From Planctomycetota bacterium (GTDB lineage: Bacteria; Planctomycetota; UBA1135; UBA2386): DNA of 64,000 bases. Below, piece after piece: positions 46,965 through 54,692 of this stretch. Position numbers and translations under genes: made by a program. The first letter of the stretch is position 1; every line of letters begins with the position of its first letter. The stretch covers positions 6,112,001 to 6,176,000 of the forward strand of contig JBKAGP010000001.1 of assembly GCA_046290465.1 (NCBI GenBank). Direction: 5' to 3'. The notes under the pieces were generated by a model. The model ran no database searches and was not told the DNA's origin. It was given only the letters and a program-made list of their open reading frames with translations.

Positions 46965-48221
46965 ATGCTGCGGATACCGGTCGAATCCAGAGCAAGCCGT
47001 ACGGTCTCGGCTTGGGTCGAGGTCGATCTCGGCAACATCGCGCACAACGTGGGCGCGTTCCGCCAGCGGCTGCCCGCGGCGACCCGCCTGACGGCGGTGG
47101 TCAAGGCCGACGGTTACGGCCACGGCATGCTGCGGGTGGCGCGCACCGCGCTGCACGCCGGCGCCGAAGAACTCGCGGTCGCGACCGTGCACGAGGGCGC
47201 CGCGCTGCGGGCCGCCGGCCTGCACGCACCGATCCTGATCGCCGGTCCGGTCGCGCCGGAGGAGGCGCCGCTGGTCGTGCAGCACGGGCTGGTGCCGAGC
47301 GTGGCGTGCTTCGAGGTCGCGGCGGCGCTGACCCGGGCGACCCGCAGGTTCTTGCCGGTGCAGATCGAGGTCGACACCGGCATGACCCGGCACGGCGTCG
47401 CGGCCGGCGAGCTGGCCAACTTCGTCAAGACGCTCGAGGAGCGCGGCCGGCTGTCGATCGCGGGCGTCTACACGCACTTCGCCGGGCTGTCGGCGCAGGA
47501 CCTGCCGGCGATGCGGCAGCAGCTGCAGCTGTTCTCGTCGGTGGTCGACTCGGTGCAGTCGCTGCGCGGCGTGCGGCGGCACGCGTGCAACACGCTCGGC
47601 GCGCTGCTGCTGCCGGATGCGGCGCTCGACAGCGTGCGCATCGGCGGGGGCCTCTACGGGTTCGATCCGCTGGCCGGAGCCGGCCGGATCGCGCTGCGGC
47701 GCGCGCTGTCGCTGAAGGCCCACGTCGTCGGCCTGCGTACGGCTCGGGCCGGCGAACGGGTCGGCTACGGCGGCGAGTTCGTCTGTCGGCGCCCGACCCG
47801 GCTGGCGCTGCTGCCGATCGGCTACGGCGACGGACTGGTGCGCGAGCTGTGGCGCGGGGCCGAGGTGCTGGTGCGCGGCCGGCGCGCGCCGATCGTCGGC
47901 GCGATCAGCATGAACCAGACGCTGGTCGACGTGACCGACCTGCCCGAGATCGTGTTCGGCGAAGAGGTCGTGCTGCTCGGCGCGATGGGCGACGACGAGG
48001 TGACGGCGGACGAGCGCGTGCCGGCCGGCGGCTCGGCCTACGAGGTCACGTCGGTGTTGAGCCCGCGGTTGCCGCGCCTGTTCGTCGGCAGCCCGCTGGA
48101 TGCGTCGAGCGAAGCCAACCAGGAACGGGCGGCTGCAGATCGGGCGGCTGCAGATCGGGCGGCTGGCGATCGCACGGCCGGGCCGCATTCGCCAGCGACG
48201 CCGAAGTCGCAAGCGACGTAG
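46965..48221 (+). CDS. alr: Alanine racemase family protein (alternative start ATG 46923)
   Basis: AW.EVDL, VVKADGYGHG (PLP Lys), VDTGM.R.G, THFA, VGYG (Tyr), PIGYGDG, YE; repetitive C-terminal tail RAAAD x3. Confidence 0.92.
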   Translation: MLRIPVESRASRTVSAWVEVDLGNIAHNVGAFRQRLPAATRLTAVVKADGYGHGMLRVARTALHAGAEELAVATVHEGAALRAAGLHAPILIAGPVAPEEAPLVVQHGLVPSVACFEVAAALTRATRRFLPVQIEVDTGMTRHGVAAGELANFVKTLEERGRLSIAGVYTHFAGLSAQDLPAMRQQLQLFSSVVDSVQSLRGVRRHACNTLGALLLPDAALDSVRIGGGLYGFDPLAGAGRIALRRALSLKAHVVGLRTARAGERVGYGGEFVCRRPTRLALLPIGYGDGLVRELWRGAEVLVRGRRAPIVGAISMNQTLVDVTDLPEIVFGEEVVLLGAMGDDEVTADERVPAGGSAYEVTSVLSPRLPRLFVGSPLDASSEANQERAAADRAAADRAAGDRTAGPHSPATPKSQAT

Positions 48222-48270
48222 CTGGCAGGCACGTCGCAGGCGAGATCATCGCGGGCCGCGTGCGAGCCGC

Positions 48271-48353
48271 CGACTTGTAGGCCGCCGACGTGCAAGCTGC
48301 GTCGACGTGCAAGCTGCGTCGACGTGCAGGCCGCGTCGACGCGCGGCCCGCGA
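48271..48353. repeat. 17-bp degenerate tandem repeat (CGACGTGCAAGCTGCGT) between the alr stop and the ffs 3' end
   Basis: Units at 48286, 48303, 48320, 48337, with a degenerate copy at 48271. Confidence 0.8.
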
Positions 48354-48480
48354 AGGTGGGATCCGCCAGGCACCCCGGGCACAAGGAACAGCCACCGTTG
48401 GCTGCTACCTTCCGGTCCTGACCAGGTGCGCCGACTGCCCCCTTGCTCGGGACCCGGCAGACCCCACCTTCGCGAGCCGC
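48343..48480 (-). ncRNA. ffs: Small signal recognition particle RNA (4.5S); ends approximate
   Basis: Minus strand GGTCAGGACCGGAAGGTAGCAGCC (SRP helix 8) inside a long hairpin closed by GCGAAGGTGGG/CCCACCTTCGC. Confidence 0.93.
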
Positions 48481-48490
48481 GCGAAGAAAC

Positions 48491-48581
48491 TGGCGGAGAG
48501 GGGGGGATTCGAACCCCCGACGGCCTTTTGGGCCGTACCCGCTTTCCAGGCGAGCTCCTTAAGCCACTCGGTCACCCCTCC
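48491..48581 (-). tRNA. tRNA-Ser(GGA)
   Basis: GGAGGGG/CCTCTCC acceptor stem, CTCGC-CT-GGA-AA-GCGGG anticodon arm, long variable arm, GGTTCGAATCC, CCA. Confidence 0.97.
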
Positions 48582-48712
48582 GCACGGTCCCGTTTGCTCG
48601 CACTGTGGCGCCTGGACGGGAATTGGGGACGGAGAACCCTAGCTGCCGACGGCGCGCCAGGCAAGGTCGCCATGCTCTTTCGCGGCGCTTCGCGATCCGG
48701 CATGCTGGCGGC

Positions 48713-50524
48713 ATGGCGGCAGCCGGCAACGACAACGGATCCGAGGGCAGCAGCGGCAACTACCAGGTCGTCGCGCGCCGGTTCCGCCCGCAGACGTTCG
48801 ACGAGCTGGTCGGCCAGGAAGAGGTGCTGCAGTCGCTGCGTCGGGCCCTCGAGCAGGGCCGGGTGCCGCACGCGTTCCTGTTCACCGGCAGCCGCGGGGT
48901 CGGCAAGACCACGTCGGCGCGGATCCTGGCGCGCTGCCTCAACTGCGAGCAGGGGCCGACGCCCAGCCCGTGCGGCGTCTGCGAGCCGTGCCGGTCGATC
49001 CTCGACGGCAGCAACCCGGACGTGATCGAGATGGACGCCGCGTCCAACCGCGGCGTCGACGAGGTCCGCCGGCTGCGCGAGAGCGTGTCGTTCGCGACCA
49101 TGCAGTCGCGCTACCGCGTCGTGATCCTCGACGAGGTGCACATGTTCACCAAGGAGGCGTTCAACGCCTTCCTCAAGACGCTCGAGGAGCCGCCGCCGCA
49201 GGTGGTGTTCGTGCTGGCGACGACCGAGCGCCACAAGGTGCCGGACACGATCATCTCGCGCTGCCAGGTGCTGCCGTTCCGGCGGGTGGGCGAGACCGAC
49301 CTGGTCAAGCGCCTGCGCATGATCGCCGACAAGGAAGGCGTCACGCTGGTCGACGCGGTGCTCGAGGAGATCGCGATGGCGGTGCGCGGCGGCGTGCGCG
49401 ACGCCGAGACCGCGCTCGAACGGATCCTGCCGTTGGCGCGCGAGATGGGCGATGCGTTCGACCTCGACGCCTACCGCACGCTGACCGCGCGGGTCGGCCT
49501 CGATGCCGTCATCGACGTCGTCAAGGCGCTGCTGCAGGGCGACGCCAGGCAGGGCCTGCAGTTCGCCCGCGCGATGCAGGAGCAGGGCTTCGACGAGCGC
49601 GAGGCGCTCGGGGAGATCACGTCGATGCTGCGCAGCCTGCTGCTGATGAAGATCGACGGCGAGGACACCGGCCTGGTGCCGCTGTCGGGGGCGCTGCGCG
49701 AGCGCGTGCAGGAGGTCGCCAAGGACGTCGACACGGCGCGTCTCGACGCGATGATCGGCGCCGGCATCCTCGGTCGCGAGCGGCTGCGCAAGCTCGAGGA
49801 CCGCGGGGTCGTGTTCGAGATCGCGCTGGTGCGCATGGCCCAGGCCGGCGCGTTGCCGACCCTCGCCGACCTGCTCGCCGAGGTGCGGGCGGGGGGCGGA
49901 GCGGCGCTCGCGGCGGCCGCGCCGGCGCCGGCGGCCGCTGCTCCTTCGCGTTCGGCGCCGCCACCGACTGCCGCTCCGCGCGCCGCTGCGTCGGCGCAGG
50001 CCGCGCCGCAACGTCCTAGCGCGCCGCAGCGTCCGAGCACGCCGGTCAGCGACTCCAACGAGTTGAAGGCCCGTTCGCTGGCCCGGCTCAGCGACCGCAA
50101 GCTGCTGCAGACGACGCTCGAGCTGTGCCGATTCACCGGTCCCGACCAGAACGGCCGGGTCGTCGTCACTCTGGAGAGCGAGCGCAAGATGTTCATCGAT
50201 CGGCTGAAGTCGCCGGTGATCGAACAGGAACTCAAGCAGGTCATCCAGGAGGCCGCCGCGCGCGACCTGTCGGTCGAGATCCGCACCAAGGGTGGCGGTG
50301 GCGGCGAGGCAGCGGCCGGGGGCGGCGGCGCCGGCGGCGGCCGCAAGCCACCGCAAAAGGACGCGCAGCCGGGGCCCAAGGCCAAGCGCGTGCTGAAGAA
50401 GTTCGGCGGCCGCGTCGTCCAGGTGAACCCGCAGGATCGAGTCCAGCAGCCGCCCGCGGCCCCGCCGAGCGAGCCCGACTACGACCAGGAGATGCTGGAT
50501 CCGGGCCTGCCGCCGGAGGACTAG
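48713..50524 (+). CDS. dnaX: DNA polymerase III subunit gamma/tau
   Basis: YQV.ARR.RPQTF, G.RGVGKT, LNC...PCG.C..C, DAASNRG, LDEVHM, LKTLEEPP, SRC; Ala/Pro linker. Confidence 0.98.
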   Translation: MAAAGNDNGSEGSSGNYQVVARRFRPQTFDELVGQEEVLQSLRRALEQGRVPHAFLFTGSRGVGKTTSARILARCLNCEQGPTPSPCGVCEPCRSILDGSNPDVIEMDAASNRGVDEVRRLRESVSFATMQSRYRVVILDEVHMFTKEAFNAFLKTLEEPPPQVVFVLATTERHKVPDTIISRCQVLPFRRVGETDLVKRLRMIADKEGVTLVDAVLEEIAMAVRGGVRDAETALERILPLAREMGDAFDLDAYRTLTARVGLDAVIDVVKALLQGDARQGLQFARAMQEQGFDEREALGEITSMLRSLLLMKIDGEDTGLVPLSGALRERVQEVAKDVDTARLDAMIGAGILGRERLRKLEDRGVVFEIALVRMAQAGALPTLADLLAEVRAGGGAALAAAAPAPAAAAPSRSAPPPTAAPRAAASAQAAPQRPSAPQRPSTPVSDSNELKARSLARLSDRKLLQTTLELCRFTGPDQNGRVVVTLESERKMFIDRLKSPVIEQELKQVIQEAAARDLSVEIRTKGGGGGEAAAGGGGAGGGRKPPQKDAQPGPKAKRVLKKFGGRVVQVNPQDRVQQPPAAPPSEPDYDQEMLDPGLPPED

Positions 50525-50625
50525 ACGCGCGGCGGGGACGGGCGCGGATGCGCTCGGCCGCGATCGGTGGCACAGGATGAACCCGGTTCGGTATGCGGCA
50601 CTTGGTGGACCGGGTTCGGTATGGG

Positions 50626-52041
50626 TCAGTTCGCGGTGGGGGCGAACTCGACGTGGCCGAGCTGCGAGATGCGCTTGTGGATCTGCGACTCGGGGCTCCA
50701 GTTGCCGGTCCAGCCGGTCTTCTGCATCTCGGCGAGCTCGTCCTGCCACCACCAGCTGTCGCCGAAGGCCGGCTTCAGGTCGTCGAGCCAGCGCGCGTGC
50801 TCGTCGAACTTGGCGAAGAACACCTGGTTGACCCAGGCCGGGTTGCGGCCCTGGATGAACTTCAGCACGTAGACCTTCTCGCCGTTGACCTCGGCGACGC
50901 CGTCGACGAGCACCTTGCCCGGCGTGCACGACATCGACGGGCCGCGCACCGTGCGGGCCAGGCCCGAGACCTTGCGGTAGGCCTCGCTGAAGATCTCGAA
51001 CGCCTTGCCCAGCGGCACCTCGAAGTACTGGCGCGGGCCGGTGTCGCGCTCGACGAACATGTAGTACGGGATCGCGCCGAGCGTGACCTGGCGCTTCCAC
51101 ATGTTGGCCCAGACGGTGGCGTCGTCGTTGACGTGGCGGATCAGCGGCGCCTGGCAGCGGACCACCGCGCCGGTCTGGCGGATCCGCTCCATCGCGGCCT
51201 GGCCCATCGGCGTGTCGAGTTCGACCGGGTGGCTGTAGTGCGCCATGATCGCCAGGTTGCGGCCGGCGCTGTGCACCTCGTCGAACAGCTTCATCAGGTC
51301 GTCGGCATCGTCGTCGGTGACGAAGCGGCCCGGCCAGTAGGCCATCGCCTTGGTGCCGATGCGGATGCTGACGATGTGGTTGAGCTCCTCCGACAGCAGC
51401 GGCTCGAGGTAGCGGCGCAGGACCTTGGTCTTCATGACCATCGGGTCGCCGCCGGTGAACAGCACGCTGTTCACCTCGGGGTGCTTCTTGAGGTACTCGA
51501 TCATGCGGTCCGCCTCCTTGGCGGCGAACTTCATGTCGTCGAGGCCGACGAACTGCGGCCAGCGGAAGCAGTAGGTGCAGTAGCTGTGGCAGACCTGACC
51601 GGCCGACGGGAAGAACAGCACCGTCTCGCGGTACTTGTGCTGCATGCCGGCGACCTCGATGCCCTCGAGCTTCGGCACGTTCATCGACTTCTGGCCGGCC
51701 GGGTGCGGGTTGAGGCCGAGCTGGATGCGACGCGCCTCCGCCTTGATCTCGTCGCGACCGGCCTGCTTCTTGAGCAGGTCGATCATCGTGTCGAGCTCGC
51801 CGTCCTTCAGCATGCCCGGTTGCGGGAACGTCAGCTGGAACATCGGGTCGTCCGGCACGCGATCCCAGTCGATCAGCTCGTCGATGACGTAGTCGTTGAC
51901 GCGGAACGGCAACACCTGCGCGACGGCGCGCATGGCCAGCACCTGGTCCGGGCGGAAGCGCGACAGCTGGGGGATCTTCTCGAGGTTCTTCTCGGTGTAG
52001 ACCGTGAAGGGGCGAGGGGCGACTTGGATGTTCTTGGGCAT
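50626..52041 (-). CDS. KamA/lysine 2,3-aminomutase-related radical SAM protein
   Basis: HKY.ETVL, CHSYCTYCFR (CxxxCxxC), VLFTGGDP, RIGTK, H.SHP.E, QAPL...VND, PYY, PGK. Confidence 0.88.
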   Translation of the reverse strand: MPKNIQVAPRPFTVYTEKNLEKIPQLSRFRPDQVLAMRAVAQVLPFRVNDYVIDELIDWDRVPDDPMFQLTFPQPGMLKDGELDTMIDLLKKQAGRDEIKAEARRIQLGLNPHPAGQKSMNVPKLEGIEVAGMQHKYRETVLFFPSAGQVCHSYCTYCFRWPQFVGLDDMKFAAKEADRMIEYLKKHPEVNSVLFTGGDPMVMKTKVLRRYLEPLLSEELNHIVSIRIGTKAMAYWPGRFVTDDDADDLMKLFDEVHSAGRNLAIMAHYSHPVELDTPMGQAAMERIRQTGAVVRCQAPLIRHVNDDATVWANMWKRQVTLGAIPYYMFVERDTGPRQYFEVPLGKAFEIFSEAYRKVSGLARTVRGPSMSCTPGKVLVDGVAEVNGEKVYVLKFIQGRNPAWVNQVFFAKFDEHARWLDDLKPAFGDSWWWQDELAEMQKTGWTGNWSPESQIHKRISQLGHVEFAPTAN

Positions 52042-52309
52042 AGGGTTCCTGTCGAGGACTCCGGCTTCGTTTCGTCGAAGCGAATTGCGGGCGTCAGGAT
52101 GCTGACCGCCTTCTCCCCGGGCTCGCGCGGCGCCGCGAAGGCGCCCACGTGCGTTTTCGAGCCCGATCGGGGGCGAGCATCATAGCGAACGTTCGCCTTC
52201 GTGCCCACCCCGCACCCTCTTCGGTGGCCGGGCGGGTCCGGATGCCGGTCGGGCAGCGTTCGCGTTTCTCCTTGTCCTGCGGCATGATGCGGTCAGGAGA
52301 ACCGACACG

Positions 52310-52636
52310 ATGGCATCTGGATTCGGAGACATGCAGAGCCTGCTCAAGCAGGCGCAGGACATGCAGCGTCGCATGCAGGAGACCCAGCGGGCGCTCGCCG
52401 AGCGGGTGCTCGAGGGCAGCGCCGGTGGTGGGGTCGTCAAGGCCTACGTCAACGGCAACCAGGAGCTGCAGTCGATCAAGATCGACAAGGCTGCGGTCGA
52501 CCCGGACGACGTCGAGACCCTGGAGGACCTGGTCAGCGGCGCGGTCCGCCAGGCGCTGGCCGCGGCCCGCGAGCTGAAGGAGCAGGAGACGGCCAAGATC
52601 ACCGGCGGCATGAACCTGCCCGGGCTGGGCTTCTAG
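52310..52636 (+). CDS. ybaB: YbaB/EbfC nucleoid-associated protein
   Basis: M..L.KQAQ.MQ..M...Q..L....EGSAGGG.V....NG...I.....DPDD.E.LEDL...TGG..LPG. Confidence 0.96.
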   Translation: MASGFGDMQSLLKQAQDMQRRMQETQRALAERVLEGSAGGGVVKAYVNGNQELQSIKIDKAAVDPDDVETLEDLVSGAVRQALAAARELKEQETAKITGGMNLPGLGF

Positions 52637-52658
52637 GGCGACCGGGTCTCTCGGGCGG

Positions 52659-52737
52659 CTGGATTCCCGCGCGGCTGCGAGCTGGATCTCTCGCGGCTGC
52701 GGGCTGTATCTCTCGCGGCTGCGGGCTGGGATTCCCC
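52659..52737. repeat. ~22-bp tandem repeat x3.5 after the ybaB stop
   Basis: ctggattcccgcgcggctgcgag / ctggatctctcgcggctgcggg / ctgtatctctcgcggctgcggg / ctgggattcccc; resembles the ybaB 3' end cgggctgggcttc. Confidence 0.8.
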
Positions 52738-52762
52738 CCGCCCCGTTCTACAACGGCTCAAC

Positions 52763-54079
52763 ATGCACGCCCCTAGCTGGACCGCCCTGCTGGCCGCGGC
52801 CGTGCTGGCCGCCTCGTGCGGCTGGCCGTCGCGCCACGCCTCGCTGGCCGAACTCCCGACCGAACTGGTGCCGATGGAGGGCTTCGAGGACGTGCGGGCG
52901 GTCGACGGCTACCCGGACGCCGCGTTCCAGGCGTCGTTCGACGCGGCGATCGCGCAGCTGGCGGCCTCGCCGGTGCCCGCCGACGGCCGCCGCGACTTCG
53001 ACATGCTGGTGCTCAGCAGCGGCGGCGTGAACGGCTCCTTCGGCGCCGGCATCCTGACCGCGTGGTCGCAGCGCGGCGACCGGCCGACGTTCGAGACCGT
53101 CACCGGGGTCAGCGTCGGCGCGCTGATGGCGCCGTTCGCGTTCGCCGGCCCCGCGTTCGACCACCGCCTCGAGCAGCTGTTCCGCCACATCAACCCGGGG
53201 GACCTGCACCGCGAGAAGGGCGTGCTGACGTCGGTGCTGTGGGACGAGTCGCTCGCCGACAACCGGCCGCTGCGCCGGCTGGTCGCGCGCGGCGTCGACG
53301 ACGAGCTGATGCGCGCGATCGCCAAGGGGCACGCCGAGGGTCGTCGCCTCTACGTCGGCTCGACCAACATGGACATCGGCCAGTTCTGCATCTGGGACCT
53401 CGGCGCGATCGCGACCCGCGGCACCGACGAGGCGCGCGACCTGCTGTGCGACGTGCTGGTCGCGTCGGCGTCGATCCCGGTGGTCTATCCGCCGATGCGC
53501 TTCGAGGTCGGCGGCCGCGACGAACTGCACAGCGACGGCGCGGTGACGCGGCCGCTGTTCATGCCGCAGAACGTGTTCGACGGCTACCTGTCGGCCGAGC
53601 GCGCCGGCGTCAGCTGGGACGACATCGACGCGACCCTCTACGTCGTGCACAACGGTTCGCTACGCGCCTGCCCGACCGACGTGCAGCGCGACACGCTCGC
53701 GATCGCGACGCGCACCGTCACGATGATGAGCTACACGATGGTGTCGGAGCACATCCTGCACCTCTACCTGCTGGCGCGCGCGTGGGGCGCCGAGTTCCGC
53801 TTCCACACGCTGCCCGGCGGCCAGGAACTGCCGATCGACAGCTTTACGTCGGCGGACACCAACCGGCTGTTCCTGCTCGGCCAGGGGCTGATGGAGCGCA
53901 ACGAACCGTGGCTGCAGGCGCCGCCCGGCTACGTCGTCAACGAGGACCTGCACCGGGTCCAGCCGCACTCGACCCCGGCGGCGGTGGTCGACGAGCGAGG
54001 CCTGAGCGAGCGCCTGACCGTCATCGAGGAGCAGCTGCGGCTGCTGCGTGAGGAACTGCGCGCGGCGCGCGAGCAATAG
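52763..54079 (+). CDS. Patatin-like phospholipase, lipoprotein
   Basis: Lipobox LAASC; LSSGG..G oxyanion loop, GVSVG nucleophile, ASASIP, DGA; C-terminal coiled coil. Confidence 0.9.
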   Translation: MHAPSWTALLAAAVLAASCGWPSRHASLAELPTELVPMEGFEDVRAVDGYPDAAFQASFDAAIAQLAASPVPADGRRDFDMLVLSSGGVNGSFGAGILTAWSQRGDRPTFETVTGVSVGALMAPFAFAGPAFDHRLEQLFRHINPGDLHREKGVLTSVLWDESLADNRPLRRLVARGVDDELMRAIAKGHAEGRRLYVGSTNMDIGQFCIWDLGAIATRGTDEARDLLCDVLVASASIPVVYPPMRFEVGGRDELHSDGAVTRPLFMPQNVFDGYLSAERAGVSWDDIDATLYVVHNGSLRACPTDVQRDTLAIATRTVTMMSYTMVSEHILHLYLLARAWGAEFRFHTLPGGQELPIDSFTSADTNRLFLLGQGLMERNEPWLQAPPGYVVNEDLHRVQPHSTPAAVVDERGLSERLTVIEEQLRLLREELRAAREQ

Positions 54080-54082
54080 CCC

Positions 54083-54682
54083 ATGGCCGGACGCGATCGC
54101 ACCATCGAGAACCTGATCGAACGGCTCAACCGCCTGCCGGGCGTCGGGCCGAAGACCGCCGAACGGCTGGCGTTCCACCTGCTGCGCGTCGAGCAGCAGG
54201 AGGCGATGGAGCTGGCGCAGGCGATCGAAGCGGTGCGCAAGGCGGTCAAGAGCTGCAGCGTCTGCTTCCAGCTCGACGCCAGCGACCCGTGCAGCGTCTG
54301 CAGCGACGACACCCGCGAACGCGACATGCTGCTGGTCGTCGAGGACCCACGCGAGGTGGCGCGCTTCGAGGACATCGGCTACCGCGGCGTCTACCACGTG
54401 CTGCAGGGCCGGCTGTCGCAGCTCGAGGGCATCAAGCTCGAGGACCTGACGATCACGGCGCTGATGCAGCGCGTCGAGGAGGGCGACTTCCAGGAGGTCT
54501 GCCTCGCGACCAATCCGGACCTCGAGGGCGAGGGCACCGCGCAGGTGCTGGCCGAGAAGCTGCAGAAGAGCGGTGCGCGGCTGACGCGGCTGGCCCGCGG
54601 CCTGCCGGCCGGCTCGTCGATCGCGCAGGTCAGCACGTCGATCCTGTCGGACGCGATCGAGGGGCGCCGGCCGCTGTCGTGA
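54083..54682 (+). CDS. recR: Recombination mediator RecR
   Basis: LPGVGPKTA.RLAF, CSVC...PCSVC, VVE, YHVL.G, ATNP..EGE.TA, TRLA.GLP.G. Confidence 0.98.
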   Translation: MAGRDRTIENLIERLNRLPGVGPKTAERLAFHLLRVEQQEAMELAQAIEAVRKAVKSCSVCFQLDASDPCSVCSDDTRERDMLLVVEDPREVARFEDIGYRGVYHVLQGRLSQLEGIKLEDLTITALMQRVEEGDFQEVCLATNPDLEGEGTAQVLAEKLQKSGARLTRLARGLPAGSSIAQVSTSILSDAIEGRRPLS

Positions 54683-54692
54683 TGGCGCTGTC

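Noticed and set aside
32370..48490. Prophage or integrative element at tRNA-Ser
   Set aside because: No integrase, phage or conjugation genes. The 29-bp match is inverted and belongs to a second complete tRNA, not a direct att repeat.
50340..50370. Programmed -1 frameshift site in dnaX producing gamma
   Set aside because: Only GCAAAAGG is present, with no A AAA AAG heptamer or long A run, and it lies too near the C-terminus.
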